DNA from: Eledone cirrhosa | Lineage: Eukaryota | Reading direction: 5' to 3' | NCBI GenBank assembly: GCA_964016885.1 | Contig: OZ024743.1 | Location: 287,990,001 to 288,054,000, forward strand | Length of the DNA stretch: 64,000 nucleotides | Translations under genes and position numbers: made by a program | Part shown: one piece after another, positions 1-16,009 of the stretch | How the letters are laid out: each line of letters starts with the position of its first letter | How positions within the stretch are numbered: position 1 is the stretch's first letter | Notes under the pieces: model-generated | Databases searched by the model: none | What the model saw: only the letters and a program-made list of their open reading frames with translations | Told to the model about the DNA's origin: nothing

Positions 1-88
1 ACTAGAGTGTGTTTATGTGCTTTTTGTTATTGTGCTTGTGTATGTATTTATTTATTTATTTATTTATTTATTTATTTTATTTACTTAT

Positions 89-1115
89 TTATACTTCTCT
101 TAGGTCAATGTTGTTTGTTTGGGTGTTGTTGTTATTCCATTCATTCTTTCTGTTTAGTCTTGGTCTTCTAATTTCTATTTCACTGGCCTCTCTGATTTGC
201 CTATCTGCTGGGTCATTTCTATGTTTAGATATTATTCTAATTTCTATGTTGTCTATGTTACCGTCATGTTGTTGTCTAGCATGTTCGTATAGTACTGACC
301 CGTTTTTTCGTCCTTTTAGTTCCCCCCAGTGTTGGTCTATCCTTTCACCTATGCTACGAGCTGTCTCGCCTATGTATGTTGTTGTCATGTTTCTGCAAGT
401 ACCCTCTGTACATCTTATGCTATAGACTACGTTTCTAGTTTTACAGTTTATCCGGGGGTTTACCTTACATATGATACATTTCCTATTGGTGCAGTGGGTT
501 TTCTTAAAAGGGTAGGTTTTGCTAATCAGGGATTTTATGGTGGTTCCTGGCTTTTCTACCACCTTAATTTTTAAGTGGGTCTTTCTCAGGGCCTTTCTAC
601 ACTGGTTAGCTAATTTCCCTCCAGGGGTAGCGTCCATAAACATGACACTCTGGTATCTCTGGTTGTCGTACCATGAGGTGGCTTTCCCTATCTTATGTCT
701 AGCCCTATCTAAGCTATTCCATGATTTGCTCCTGTATAATGGGCAAATTCCTTTCATGTCCAGTTCTATGAGGGTCTTATACTTCTCCATGGCTCCTTCG
801 TATACTCTGACTCTGTCTCTTTGGTTGTAGCCAGTGAACTGCATGCGGTTGATGAAGTGTTGGATGTGTCTTTCCATTTCTGTTGGGTCGCACATGCGGG
901 ACACATTCTTCATCACTCGTACCAAATCTGCGATCAGAATATTAAACTTAGCACTACTGGACATTGCTGAGTTTTTGAGTATCAGGTATTTGGAGGCCAT
1001 GGGTTTAGCATAGTGTGAGTGGAGAATTTGGGCTCTCTCGTCTATAGTGTTAATCCAGAGTTCTGTGTCTAATACAGGAAGTCTATTGTTAGGGTGTTTG
1101 GAAGGGAAGTCGATA
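89..1115 (-). mobile_element. Penelope-like retroelement fragment: RT C-terminus/linker plus GIY-YIG endonuclease, 5'-truncated
   Basis: ORF 89..1180 contains LPVLDTELW and HYAKPMAS (RT thumb), a Cys-rich linker (CTNRKCIIC), VVYSIRC...YIGETARSIGERIDQH (GIY-YIG) and C-terminal RQIREASEI...PRLN. The first ~22 residues are flank read-through. Confidence 0.9.
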
Positions 1116-1180
1116 GTTACAGTTATACAAGTATAACAATATTTGTTTCGACACACGATTTCATATAAAAAACCTCGCAA

Positions 1181-1227
<47 letters not shown>

Positions 1228-1298
1228 TATATGTATATATATATATATTACGAGACCGGGGAATCTACAAATCAAGAGAGTACTCTCTCTCTCTCCCT

Positions 1299-1357
<59 letters not shown>

Positions 1358-1667
1358 CACATGCACATGATATATATATGTGTGTGTATGTGTATATATA
1401 TATATATAGATGAAAGATATACATATACATTTGAAATGTAATAATCCCAACAAAAATGGCGATAACAATAGTCGGTCACTGTAGATAACTTGCAAAATGG
1501 GGTTAAGTGCCCCTGGTGAGGAAAACATATGGATAGAGATGTGTACCTGAGCAGGTGTGACAGTGTTGTCCTCGTGCATCTTTCATGCTGGCAATGGTAG
1601 TGAGAATATTACTCTCTCTTGCGTTAAAACTATTTTAATGCATATGCTGTGAAGTTGTAATGTGTGT

Positions 1668-1740
<73 letters not shown>

Positions 1741-2584
1741 CTATATATATATTTATATATATATATATATATATACATCGTATTTGATGTCATATAAGAT
1801 CGCAGGCTTATAAGCGCTTCCACATTTCAGCTAGTTAAATGAGGCAAAAATGTGTGATTACGGGTAGGCATCTAATGTTACTAAGACATGCAGCTGCATT
1901 ATAATAGACAGAAAAATGCAAAACATGCAACTTTTTAATGATAATATCTTGGAATTCAAGATAAATAGCAAAGTAGCTTGACTTCAAAAGTATTTTATAA
2001 AAAAAAATTGACACCAGCAGAGATGAAAATACCGGCAAATTTGAACATCAGATAAAGGTGCAGTCATTTACAGTTAATATACAATACCATGCCATGTTGT
2101 GGGACCTTAACTCCTGATGGAATGGAAGGGATGCCGTTTTTAAGATGTGAAAACGACCGATTTGTTCAGAGGAGAGAAAAAAAGAAAAAAAAGAGATAGA
2201 GAGAGTAGACGAAGCGAAGATGAGTTGTAGATGAATCGTTCCCCCTAGTACTAGATGCAATTTAATTTGTGGACCTCGAAAGATGATTTGTTTGCGATTT
2301 GAACTCAGAGTACAGAGAGTTGGAACACATACTCCGAAACGACTGCCAAATGGCCGCCTTCATTATTTCATACAGTCCATAAATACATGTACTAAAACTT
2401 TAAAATCTAAAACTAAACCAACTTAGCAGACAGGACATTATAAGAGAGGGAATCATCAGTACCCTGACTATAATCAAAAACACAGTAAGACATTTAGAAA
2501 CCATCAATGTTTTGTAACAAAAGATGTAATCGTCTTTAACGCCTGAAAATTCATCAGCATTATATTATCATTATCATTAAATTT

Positions 2585-2768
2585 GGATTGGCAGTATCAG
2601 TAGAGCGTCAGACACCATGCTTTGCAGCATAGAGTTATGGCCCTTTATGTTCTGAGTTCAAATCCCTCCGAGGTTAACTTTGTCTCTCATCCTTACGGGG
2701 TCGATAAAATAAAGTACCAGTAATGTACTAGGATAATTGCTGGCCTTGTACCAAAAGTAGAAACAATT
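2585..2768 (+). mobile_element. tRNA-derived SINE with Meta-type core
   Basis: A-box-like TTGGCAGTATCAGTAG, B-box GAGTTCAAATCC, core CATCCTTACGGGGTCGATAAAATAAAGTACCAG, tail GGCCTTGT...GTAGAAACAATT. Confidence 0.85.
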
Positions 2769-2794
2769 ATCATTAATTATTATTAATGCTGCTA

Positions 2795-2985
2795 TGGCGG
2801 TAGATTGGCAGTATTGGTAGAGGGTCGGACGCCATTCTTTGACGCATAGAGTTACGGCCCTTTATGGTCTGAGTTCAAATCCTGCCGAGGTTAACTTTGC
2901 CTTTCATCCTTACGGGGTCGATAAAATAAAGTACCTGTAATGTACTGGGTAATTGCTGGCCTTGTGCCAAAAAGTAGAAACGATT
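2795..2985 (+). mobile_element. tRNA-derived Meta-type SINE
   Basis: Full copy GGCGGTAGATTGGCAG...GAGTTCAAATCC...GCCTTTCATCCTTACGGGGTCGATAAA...GTAGAAAC. Confidence 0.88.
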
Positions 2986-2992
2986 ATCATTA

Positions 2993-3181
2993 ATTGTTTC
3001 TACTTTAGGCACAAGGCCAGCAATTACCCAGTGCATTACTGGTACTTTATTTTATCGACCCCGTAAGGATGAAAGGCAAAGTTAACCTCGGCAGGATTTG
3101 AACTCAGAATGGTAAGGACCGTAACTCTATGCGTCAAAGCATGGCGTCCGACCCTCTATCGATACTGCCAATCCACCGCCC
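2993..3181 (-). mobile_element. tRNA-derived Meta-type SINE, tail-to-tail with the previous copy
   Basis: Reverse complement of the same consensus, directly adjacent to 2795-2985. Confidence 0.88.
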
Positions 3182-3531
3182 TAGAAACTATTATCATTAA
3201 TGCTGCTATAACTGTTTCCAAATAAGGATTTATAATTTAGGAACAAGGCCATCAATTTGTGACCAGAGGAAAAGTCAATTACATCGAGCTCAATGGTACT
3301 TTATTTTATCAACCCGGAAAGGATGAAATGCGGCAGCATGGTTAGTACCATCAAAAGCAATACCAATTCCACAGATTTAAAATTTTAAATCCTTTACAAT
3401 AACTTCAATTCTTATAATCACCCGTGAGATTTTCACTGACACACACCTGTAGAATGCTGTGACATTTCAAACATCCAATTGGTTTAAGTTGATAGTTTGA
3501 ATCTCATAAAATTTGTTCCGTTTATCTAAAG

Positions 3532-3631
3532 GTAGATATTGGAGCGGTGTGTGCCCGCAGCCTTGATTTAATGGCTTCAGTTCTATGTGATCTAAATAGA
3601 TCCAAGTACAAAAGTGATAAAGTCCAAAAAG
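3532..3631 (+). CDS. Possible isolated host exon (VDIGAVCARSLDLMASVLCDLNRSKYKSDKVQK), product unknown
   Basis: Non-repetitive 100-bp open frame between ttgttccgtttatctaaAG and G|GTAACT; no recognisable homology. Confidence 0.2.
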
Positions 3632-3759
3632 GTAACTGTCCTATAGTTCCTGTAACCATGATTTTATTCCATTTCGTCCATCCAGCATTTTGGATGGACA
3701 AATAGAGGGCGTGGTAATTTTACTATACAAAAAAATTCAACGATCTACGCCCTACTCTC

Positions 3760-3846
<87 letters not shown>

Positions 3847-3904
3847 GCAAAAACAAGATGGTGTAGGGCAGAACAAAGGAGAGACACAAAATTAAAAAAG
3901 ATCA

Positions 3905-3947
3905 GTCACTGATGAGGTCACAGAATGTGTGACGAAAGAGCTTTGAC
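3905..3947 (+). ncRNA. Minimal type-I hammerhead ribozyme motif
   Basis: GTCA CTGATGA G GTCACA gaatg TGTGAC GAAA GAGC TT TGAC: stem I GTCA/TGAC, perfect 6-bp stem II, intact core. Confidence 0.75.
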
Positions 3948-4161
3948 AATATTTAAACAAACAAGCGGTTATCGAACCACGAACCAACTCGGAAATTTAT
4001 AATAAATTGAAGTGAAAACCAACAGGAGGTGAGTGTGCGCTTTTATTGGTAGCATCATGCATACATGTAGATACGTATTTAAGCATGGATATGCGTATAT
4101 TTAATCATGTATGAATATAAATTCTACTTTTTAAATATGGAAACATATACGCACACACACC

Positions 4162-4221
<60 letters not shown>

Positions 4222-4222
4222 C

Positions 4223-4285
<63 letters not shown>

Positions 4286-4495
4286 AGATGGAATTGGAAA
4301 TAGCAAGGAAAATATACTTAAGGATCTGTTTTTCTTTGTTTCTTCTTTCATATGTCAAAGTGACATTATTGAAGTCATGAGAGGAACAATTCTTTGAAAA
4401 AATGTAATTTTATAATGTATATAAAATATATAAAATGTAACCGGTTTCGATGTATCAGTGTGGACCATCTTGTCAAATGTTGAATATTATAATTG

Positions 4496-4570
4496 AAAAG
4501 AATTAAAAAGAATTAAAAAGAATTAAAAAGAATTAAAAAGAATTAAAAAGAATTAAAAAGAATTAAAAAA
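4496..4570. repeat. 10-bp tandem repeat (AATTAAAAAG) x ~7
   Basis: Directly visible perfect array. Confidence 0.95.
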
Positions 4571-4645
4571 AAAAAAAAAATTAAAATTAAGTGTTGAAAA
4601 GGTCTGTACATCTTACTTGTGAAGACTGGGTCCAAAATGGAGCCT

Positions 4646-4685
<40 letters not shown>

Positions 4686-5117
4686 CAGTTCAAGAGTAAA
4701 CCAATCTTAAATAGAGAGATAGAAGTAGGATAGGAGAGATTGGTGACGGTGTTAGAAGCCAAGGCTTAAAAGCGGGTGCTCGATGTGCAATATGCAGTGG
4801 AAAGCAGTTGGAAAACTGGATTCATGCTGAGGTTAGGTGTACAGAGCTGGAAATATTCAGTAGTTAAGCAAATCAAAACCACAAATTCACAGAGAAGACA
4901 TTAGTTATAGAGTATCAACATTAAGTGCAGTTTAATATAGAAAGGGGATAGTAATGTCACTTTACAATTGTTTCACTATTCCATATAATGTTTCTATGTG
5001 AATTTGTGGTCTTGATTTGCTTAACTACTGAATATATATATATATTTATTAAAATAACAGATTAAAGTTTAAGCAAAGAATCGCTGCTTTCACCCTTAAC
5101 GGGATCTTCTGAAACTC

Positions 5118-5200
<83 letters not shown>

Positions 5201-6381
5201 GAGTGTGTATACAAACTCCTACATCTGTTGCTCGCAATCGAGTATGAATCGGGTGGTATTTACAATGCTTTAACTAAAAAGTGTATGAGTCCATACTTTC
5301 AGGTGCTGAAACAGTCCCCTCGCTCCTTTCTTTCAGTGGACATGACTGCTACAGGGAGAGAGGGCTGCACCACTGAGCTGGTACTTTCTTTATCGACCCT
5401 GAAAGGATGAAAGGTAAAGTAGACAATGATCAAATACACAACGGTGTAACGACTGTTTGAAATCGACCCCATCTCTCTCCCCTCCTCTCTCAGACACACA
5501 CACTCGTTCTTTCTCTCTACACACAACACACACACACATATATATACATTTTTATGTATTTATGCATACATGTGTGTACTGTGAGTGTATGCAAATGCAT
5601 TAATGCACACACACTGTTTTACTGTATACATGTATATAGACAGAGAGAGAGAGAGAGGGGAGGGGGAGATACAGAGAGAGAGGGAGAGAGTGTGTATGTT
5701 AGATATATATTTATATATGTATGTCTGTGTGTACGTTTGTGTGTATAAACATACATACACAGACATCTTTATAACCCGCACTTGTTACACACATATAGAC
5801 ACATGTATACACTACGTGTATAAGTGTGAGTCTACGTTATTTTCCGTTTATATATGTGAGTGAGTGTCTGTCTGTGTGTGGGTGCGCATGTGTATGACTG
5901 TGTGTATATATGTATATGTGTGTATGTGTATGTGCGTATCTTAAGAGGTATTTTGACTTGAAAAAAAGTGGTCCCCAGATTACGAGATATACCTTCAATT
6001 TCTTAAATTTCGTATAATGAAATCACACACAGAGGCACAGACACCCCCACACCCCCACACACCCACATACCCACCCCCAATATATATATATATATATATA
6101 TATATGAACATATATATAGTGTATTTTGCAATACACTGTATGCTTAATTAAAAGCATTTCGAAGACCTTACGCTATTGTTTTAGAGTAGTGACAGTCTCA
6201 CTTACTTTAAATTTTCAGCAAACAGAGCTCTGTCAGCTTTATCTCCCCTGTTTGCTGAACATTTAAAGTAAGTGAGACTGCCACTACTCTAAAACAATAG
6301 CCTTGATTCTCTACAAACAATCTCAAGAGATTTGCTTGAAAATTAATAATGAATATAATAATAATAATAATAATAATAATA

Positions 6382-6820
6382 ACTTTAGGCACAAGGCCAG
6401 CAATTACGCAGTACATTACTGGTACTTTATTTTATCGACCCCGTAAGGATGAAAGGCAAAGTTAACCTCGGCGGGATTTGAACTCAGACTGTAAAGGGAC
6501 GTAACTATGCTAGAAAGCATGGCGTCCAACCCTCTACCGATACTGCCAATTCACCGCCCTTATATTAATAATAATAATGATAATATTAATAAATACATAA
6601 TGGTAACTATCGTAATGACAATAACATAATGTTAATAATTGTTTCTACTTTAGGCACAAGGCCAGCAATTACCCAGTGCATTACTGGTACTTTATTTTAT
6701 CGACCACGTAAGGATGAAAGGCAAAGTCAACCTCGGCGGGATTTGAACTCAGATCGTAAAGGGACGTAACTATGCTGCAAAGCATGGCGTCCGACCCTCT
6801 ACTGATACTGCCTATCCACA
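6382..6820 (-). mobile_element. Two tandem Meta-type SINE copies (~6382-6562 and ~6637-6820)
   Basis: Both match the reverse complement of the SINE consensus. Confidence 0.85.
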
Positions 6821-7019
6821 TGATAATGATAGTAAAATACATGCACATAAATATAATATATATATAAGGATAACTAATTATATATAAATTATATATAAAT
6901 ATAGCAATTCATTTGTATTGCAATCATAATTATTGTTTTGTTTTCCAGAGAAGATTGAAAAAATATATATTATATTATTTCGGAAAGGATGAAAAAAATG
7001 ATCATACCCTAGTTAATAT

Positions 7020-8620
<1,601 letters not shown>

Positions 8621-8825
8621 TGTGTATATGTGCGCTAGTATACTTTAGATAAACAAAGCTTAACAGACCCACAGCAATATAATCACGTGAATATTGAAAT
8701 GTGAGACTAGTGGTAGATATCACATATATTTTTGTGACCAGCCATCAACGTTATGCCCATACTGGAGCAGCGTGTTGTGTACATCCACATACATATACAC
8801 TCATTTATTTAACTTTATATATATA

Positions 8826-9090
8826 CTAGCAGGAGTACCCGGCGTTGCACGGGATAAAGTATTTTGGAACGCCGGCCGTTAACAGACCTAATCGTGGAAA
8901 AACTGCATGCCTGGACAATATGTAAAGAAAATAAACCGAATACTCTGATGGCTGGATAATTTTTTTCACCTAATGCGGGCTCTAGGGGATCAAGAAAATA
9001 ATTTTTTTTTATGTGCATAATATGCTTTGAAATTTCGGGAAAATCGGCTAGGCGTAACGCCTCAAAAAATCCCTAAAAAGTTCCGTTTTC
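8826..9090 (-). mobile_element. Helitron-type non-autonomous element, 3' end
   Basis: Minus strand reads CCCG TGCAACGC CGGG (hairpin), an 8-nt spacer, then CTAG|T: the canonical Helitron 3' terminus. Confidence 0.65.
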
Positions 9091-9163
9091 GTGTCTATGT
9101 ATCTGACTATCTCTCAATCAATCACTCAATTAATTAATGAATCACGCTACCTACCTACCTACC

Positions 9164-9194
<31 letters not shown>

Positions 9195-9263
9195 CTATCT
9201 ATTAGTCGGCCTGTCTGCCTGTCCGTCTTTTCATCTATTTACTTATCCCTCACTCTCTCCTCA

Positions 9264-9338
<75 letters not shown>

Positions 9339-9445
9339 TTCTCTCATTGTATATATATATATGTGTGTGCGTGTGTGTGTACATGTGTGCGTATGTAACT
9401 ATCTGTATCAATGCAGCTGTGTGTATATTTAGATATATGTACATT

Positions 9446-9511
<66 letters not shown>

Positions 9512-9979
9512 TAAATATAGTTCAAAGAGGCGACAAAATAGGTACAAAAAGTCTTATTAGTTTCACGCTTCTTATGGAGAAGCGGAAAGAAAGTTCGTGG
9601 TGTCGGCCTTTAGCCCTTCTTCAGGAGTACAAAAATAGAGACCAGATATATACACACGCTCATATTTAACGACATTTGTACGTCCACTTCAAAATTCCAT
9701 TTCATTTCTTCTCATCGCTATTCCTCAGTGGTCTTCTGATTGTTATTATTATTCACACTGTGTTAGTAATATATAGTACAGATCAACACATAAAATTATC
9801 TGTCTTGTCTCGAAATTATACAATGCGTTTTTATAATATCTCTATATAGTATGATAATAATTTGACCCATCCTGCGTCCACTAATGTGGTCACCATAATC
9901 GAGTTTCCCTTCCTCCAAAAGTTTGGTCTTGTGTCTAAATCAGAAACCTTTATTATTATTCGGAGAATTCATTTTTAGA

Positions 9980-10595
9980 GCAGTGAATTGACAGTATCGG
10001 TAGATTGTCGGACAACGTGCTTTGCTTCATATAGTTACGGTCATTTACGTTTAGAGTTCAAATCCCGGCGGGATTAGCTTTGCCTTTCATCCTTAAGAGG
10101 GTGATAAATTATAATTGTTTCTACATTTGGCACAAGGCCAGCAATTATCCCAGTGTATTACTGGTGCTTTATTTTATCGACCCCGTAAGACTAAAAGGCA
10201 AAGGTAACCTCGGCGGGTTTTGAACTAGACCATAAAGGGCAGTAACTCTTTGCTGCAAAGCATGGCGTCCGGCCCTCTACCGATACTACCAATCCACCGA
10301 TAAATTATAATACCAGTAACTCACTGAGGTCAATTTAATCGACTTTTCCTTCCCCCAAAACTGTTGCCCTTGTGCCTAAATCAGAAAGCATTGTAATTCC
10401 GACAATACATTTTTAGGGCAGGTAGAGCATCGGACGACATGCTTTGGAACATATAGTTACGGTCTTTTATGTTTAGTGTTCAAATCCCACGGAGGTTAGC
10501 TTCGGTAAAATATAGTCATTTACGTACTTGGGTCGATGTAATCGACTTTCGCCTCTCCTAAAATTGTTGGCCTTGTGCCTAAATCAGAAACTAAA
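9980..10595. mobile_element. Cluster of Meta-type SINE copies (+ ~9980-10110, - ~10113-10300, + ~10415-10595)
   Basis: Degenerate matches to the SINE consensus on alternating strands. Confidence 0.75.
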
Positions 10596-10659
10596 ATCAT
10601 TGTTCGTGGTGGTAGTGTCTTACTATTTATATCAATATTCTCCCACATACACACACACA

Positions 10660-13440
<2,781 letters not shown>

Positions 13441-14190
13441 CACACACTCCCGCAAACACATATATGTACACACAAGCAACAGAACAGGCAGGAAGGAACA
13501 AATTATTTGGTGGCTAAATCAATCAAAAAGCAAATACTATATACGAAGAAATATATGGATAGATAATAAATATATATAGTGTATAGTATAAATAATATAA
13601 AATAGGTGAAATAAATATAGGTGAAATAAATATAGGAAATAAGGAAATATAGCAATATACTGGCAATAAATTAACAAAGAATTGACTAGAGATACATACA
13701 TATATATATATATATTGACTAGAGATACATATATACACATACATACATATATATATACATACATACACACTTTCTCTCGACTGACCTCTTCCTCGCACTT
13801 CCACTCACTCACACTCTGTTCCTCCCCTTCTCACTTCCTCCCGTTCGCTAGTAGTGGGGTTCCTTCTTTCTCACACCCCATTCACGGCGTACGGTCTGCT
13901 TCTCTGACCGCTCATGAAATTCACCCAGATTATGCTGATCGGATAACTATCATGTTGCTTGCTGTTTTCCCAACCTTCGGTTTGCTTTTCCTTCTGTTGT
14001 TTACTTGTCTCACTCGCTTTACGCGTTTCACTTGTCCCAATAGCTTATTTTAGTTATTGCTCGCACCAACCTGAGGTATCTGATTTTTATTGCGATGAAA
14101 TAGCAATGATGGTTGGCAAATCACTGATGAGGGACTAATTTTATAATATGTAATCCATGTGCAACCATGCAGTATTCTTCTCCCCTTGTT

Positions 14191-14251
<61 letters not shown>

Positions 14252-14319
14252 ATATATAGAAAATTCAACTGATAAGGTATGATTTCTTTGGCTATGTCAA
14301 AATTATAAAACACTCCTTG

Positions 14320-14386
14320 TATTTTATCTGATGAAAGCTTACCAAAGTTTTTTTTGGAGTACCCTTGAAATATATATAATAGAATA
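14320..14386 (+). ncRNA. Type-I hammerhead ribozyme motif with degenerate stem II
   Basis: TATTTTAT CTGATGA ... GTACCCTT GAAA TATATA TA ATAGAATA; same family as 19866-19926. Confidence 0.6.
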
Positions 14387-14503
14387 AATATGGTTTTATA
14401 AATATAGTTTCCATTTATTTAACTTGTCGACTACTCTGAATCAGTTATAAACATTTATATTTGTTGTCTTTCCAACAAATTAAATATCCCTTCTACTTAT
14501 ATA

Positions 14504-14564
<61 letters not shown>

Positions 14565-14622
14565 AACGATCGACTTTCATCGACAACATTGATAAGCTAG
14601 AGTTGCCATGTGTGTGTACGCG

Positions 14623-14709
<87 letters not shown>

Positions 14710-14799
14710 CTATATATATACATCTATATATATTTATATGTGTGTGTGTATGTGTGCGAGTGTATAAGCACATATATATATATATATGTATGTATCAAC

Positions 14800-14985
14800 A
14801 GTCGATAGACTTTCGTCAAATCGGACCGAGGAAACAATGTTTCCGTTGGTCTTTCCAATTGCTAATACTATCTATCGGTCGCAACTCCAGGTAGAAGGAG
14901 CAACGTGAAATAAAATGTCTTGCTCAAGGACATAACGCATCGCCCGGTCCAGGAATTCTCTAACCACTCAGCCACACGCCTTCAT
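14800..14985 (-). mobile_element. tRNA-derived CORE-type SINE; further copies at ~25530-25725(-), ~26675-26915(+), ~47680-47880(-), ~55030-55300(-)
   Basis: Minus strand reads GGCGTGTGGCTGAGTGGTTAGAG...GTCCTTGAGCAAGACATTTTATTTCACGTTGCTCC; recurs across the window. Confidence 0.7.
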
Positions 14986-15154
14986 ATATATATATATTGA
15001 ATTCTTCCTCCAAGACTAGGGATTGTCTCCCTTTCCCACCCCCACGTGGCTTCAGATAACGGTCAATCCTTAGCTTTGCTTAGAACTAAATGCCTGTTGA
15101 AAAAGTGACTTCCTTGTTCGATCATCATACCAAAAGCTTAACATTATTTGTTTA

Positions 15155-15345
15155 TGGCGGTGGATTGGCAGTATTGGTAGAGGGTCGGACGCCATGCTTT
15201 GACGCATAGAGTTACGGCCCTTGTCATTCTGAGTTCAAATCCCGCAGAGGTTAACTTTGCCTTTCATCCTTGCGGGGTCGATAAAATAAAGTACCAGTAA
15301 TGTACTGGGTAATTGCTGGCCTTGTGCCAATAGTAGAAACAATTA
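15155..15345 (+). mobile_element. Meta-type SINE
   Basis: Full-length consensus match. Confidence 0.88.
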
Positions 15346-15827
15346 TTATTAAAGAAACCACGACGGAAAAGCTAAAACTAATAAAGACAAGATTACGGCA
15401 AGAAAGTGGTTTAGCTCCGAACATTAGATAGACCAATTATTTAATATTATTTTACATCCTTACGGGGTCGATAAAATAAGGTACCAGTAATGTACTGGTG
15501 ATTTGCTGGCCTTGTGCCAATAGTAGAAACAATTATTTGTTTAAGCAGACAGTACCTGATTTAGGAGTTGCAGAAACCCCATATTGGATTTTACCACCGC
15601 TTCCGAGGGTCCGGGTATAATTTTCAATCATATTTTATTATTTGTTTGACCCGAATACCTTGGTCGTTTCTATGGCTTTGCGGATAATGATTTAACCTTC
15701 GTCTCAGTGTGTTTGGCCTTTTAACGTACCTTGTTGCTCTAGTCCACTAGTTTCTATGGAGCGCTTGCCACACATCTCGGAAGTTGTTTTTCGTTAATTT
15801 CCAATAGCCGAAATGCGATTCTCGCTA

Positions 15828-15875
<48 letters not shown>

Positions 15876-15969
15876 GTGGAACACTGGAAGGTAATATCCG
15901 TAGTGGTAGAGCAGTCAGTCCAAGGGACGAGTTATGTAGAAGTGGTTACACAACAGTTAGTTCACCATA

Positions 15970-16009
15970 CCGAGAACAATTGTTTCACCTTCGCGGATCT
16001 TCAGCTCGG
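15970..16009 (-). ncRNA. Minimal hammerhead ribozyme in the 3' pLTR (element sense)
   Basis: CCGAG CTGAAGA TCC GCGAA GGT GAAA CAATTG TT CTCGG: 5-bp stem I, palindromic stem III. Confidence 0.8.

Noticed and set aside
9-830. Plus-strand hydrophobic ORFs
   Set aside because: Antisense shadows of the PLE ORF.
14124-14175. CTGATGA GGGA... as a hammerhead
   Set aside because: No GAAA partner or convincing stems.
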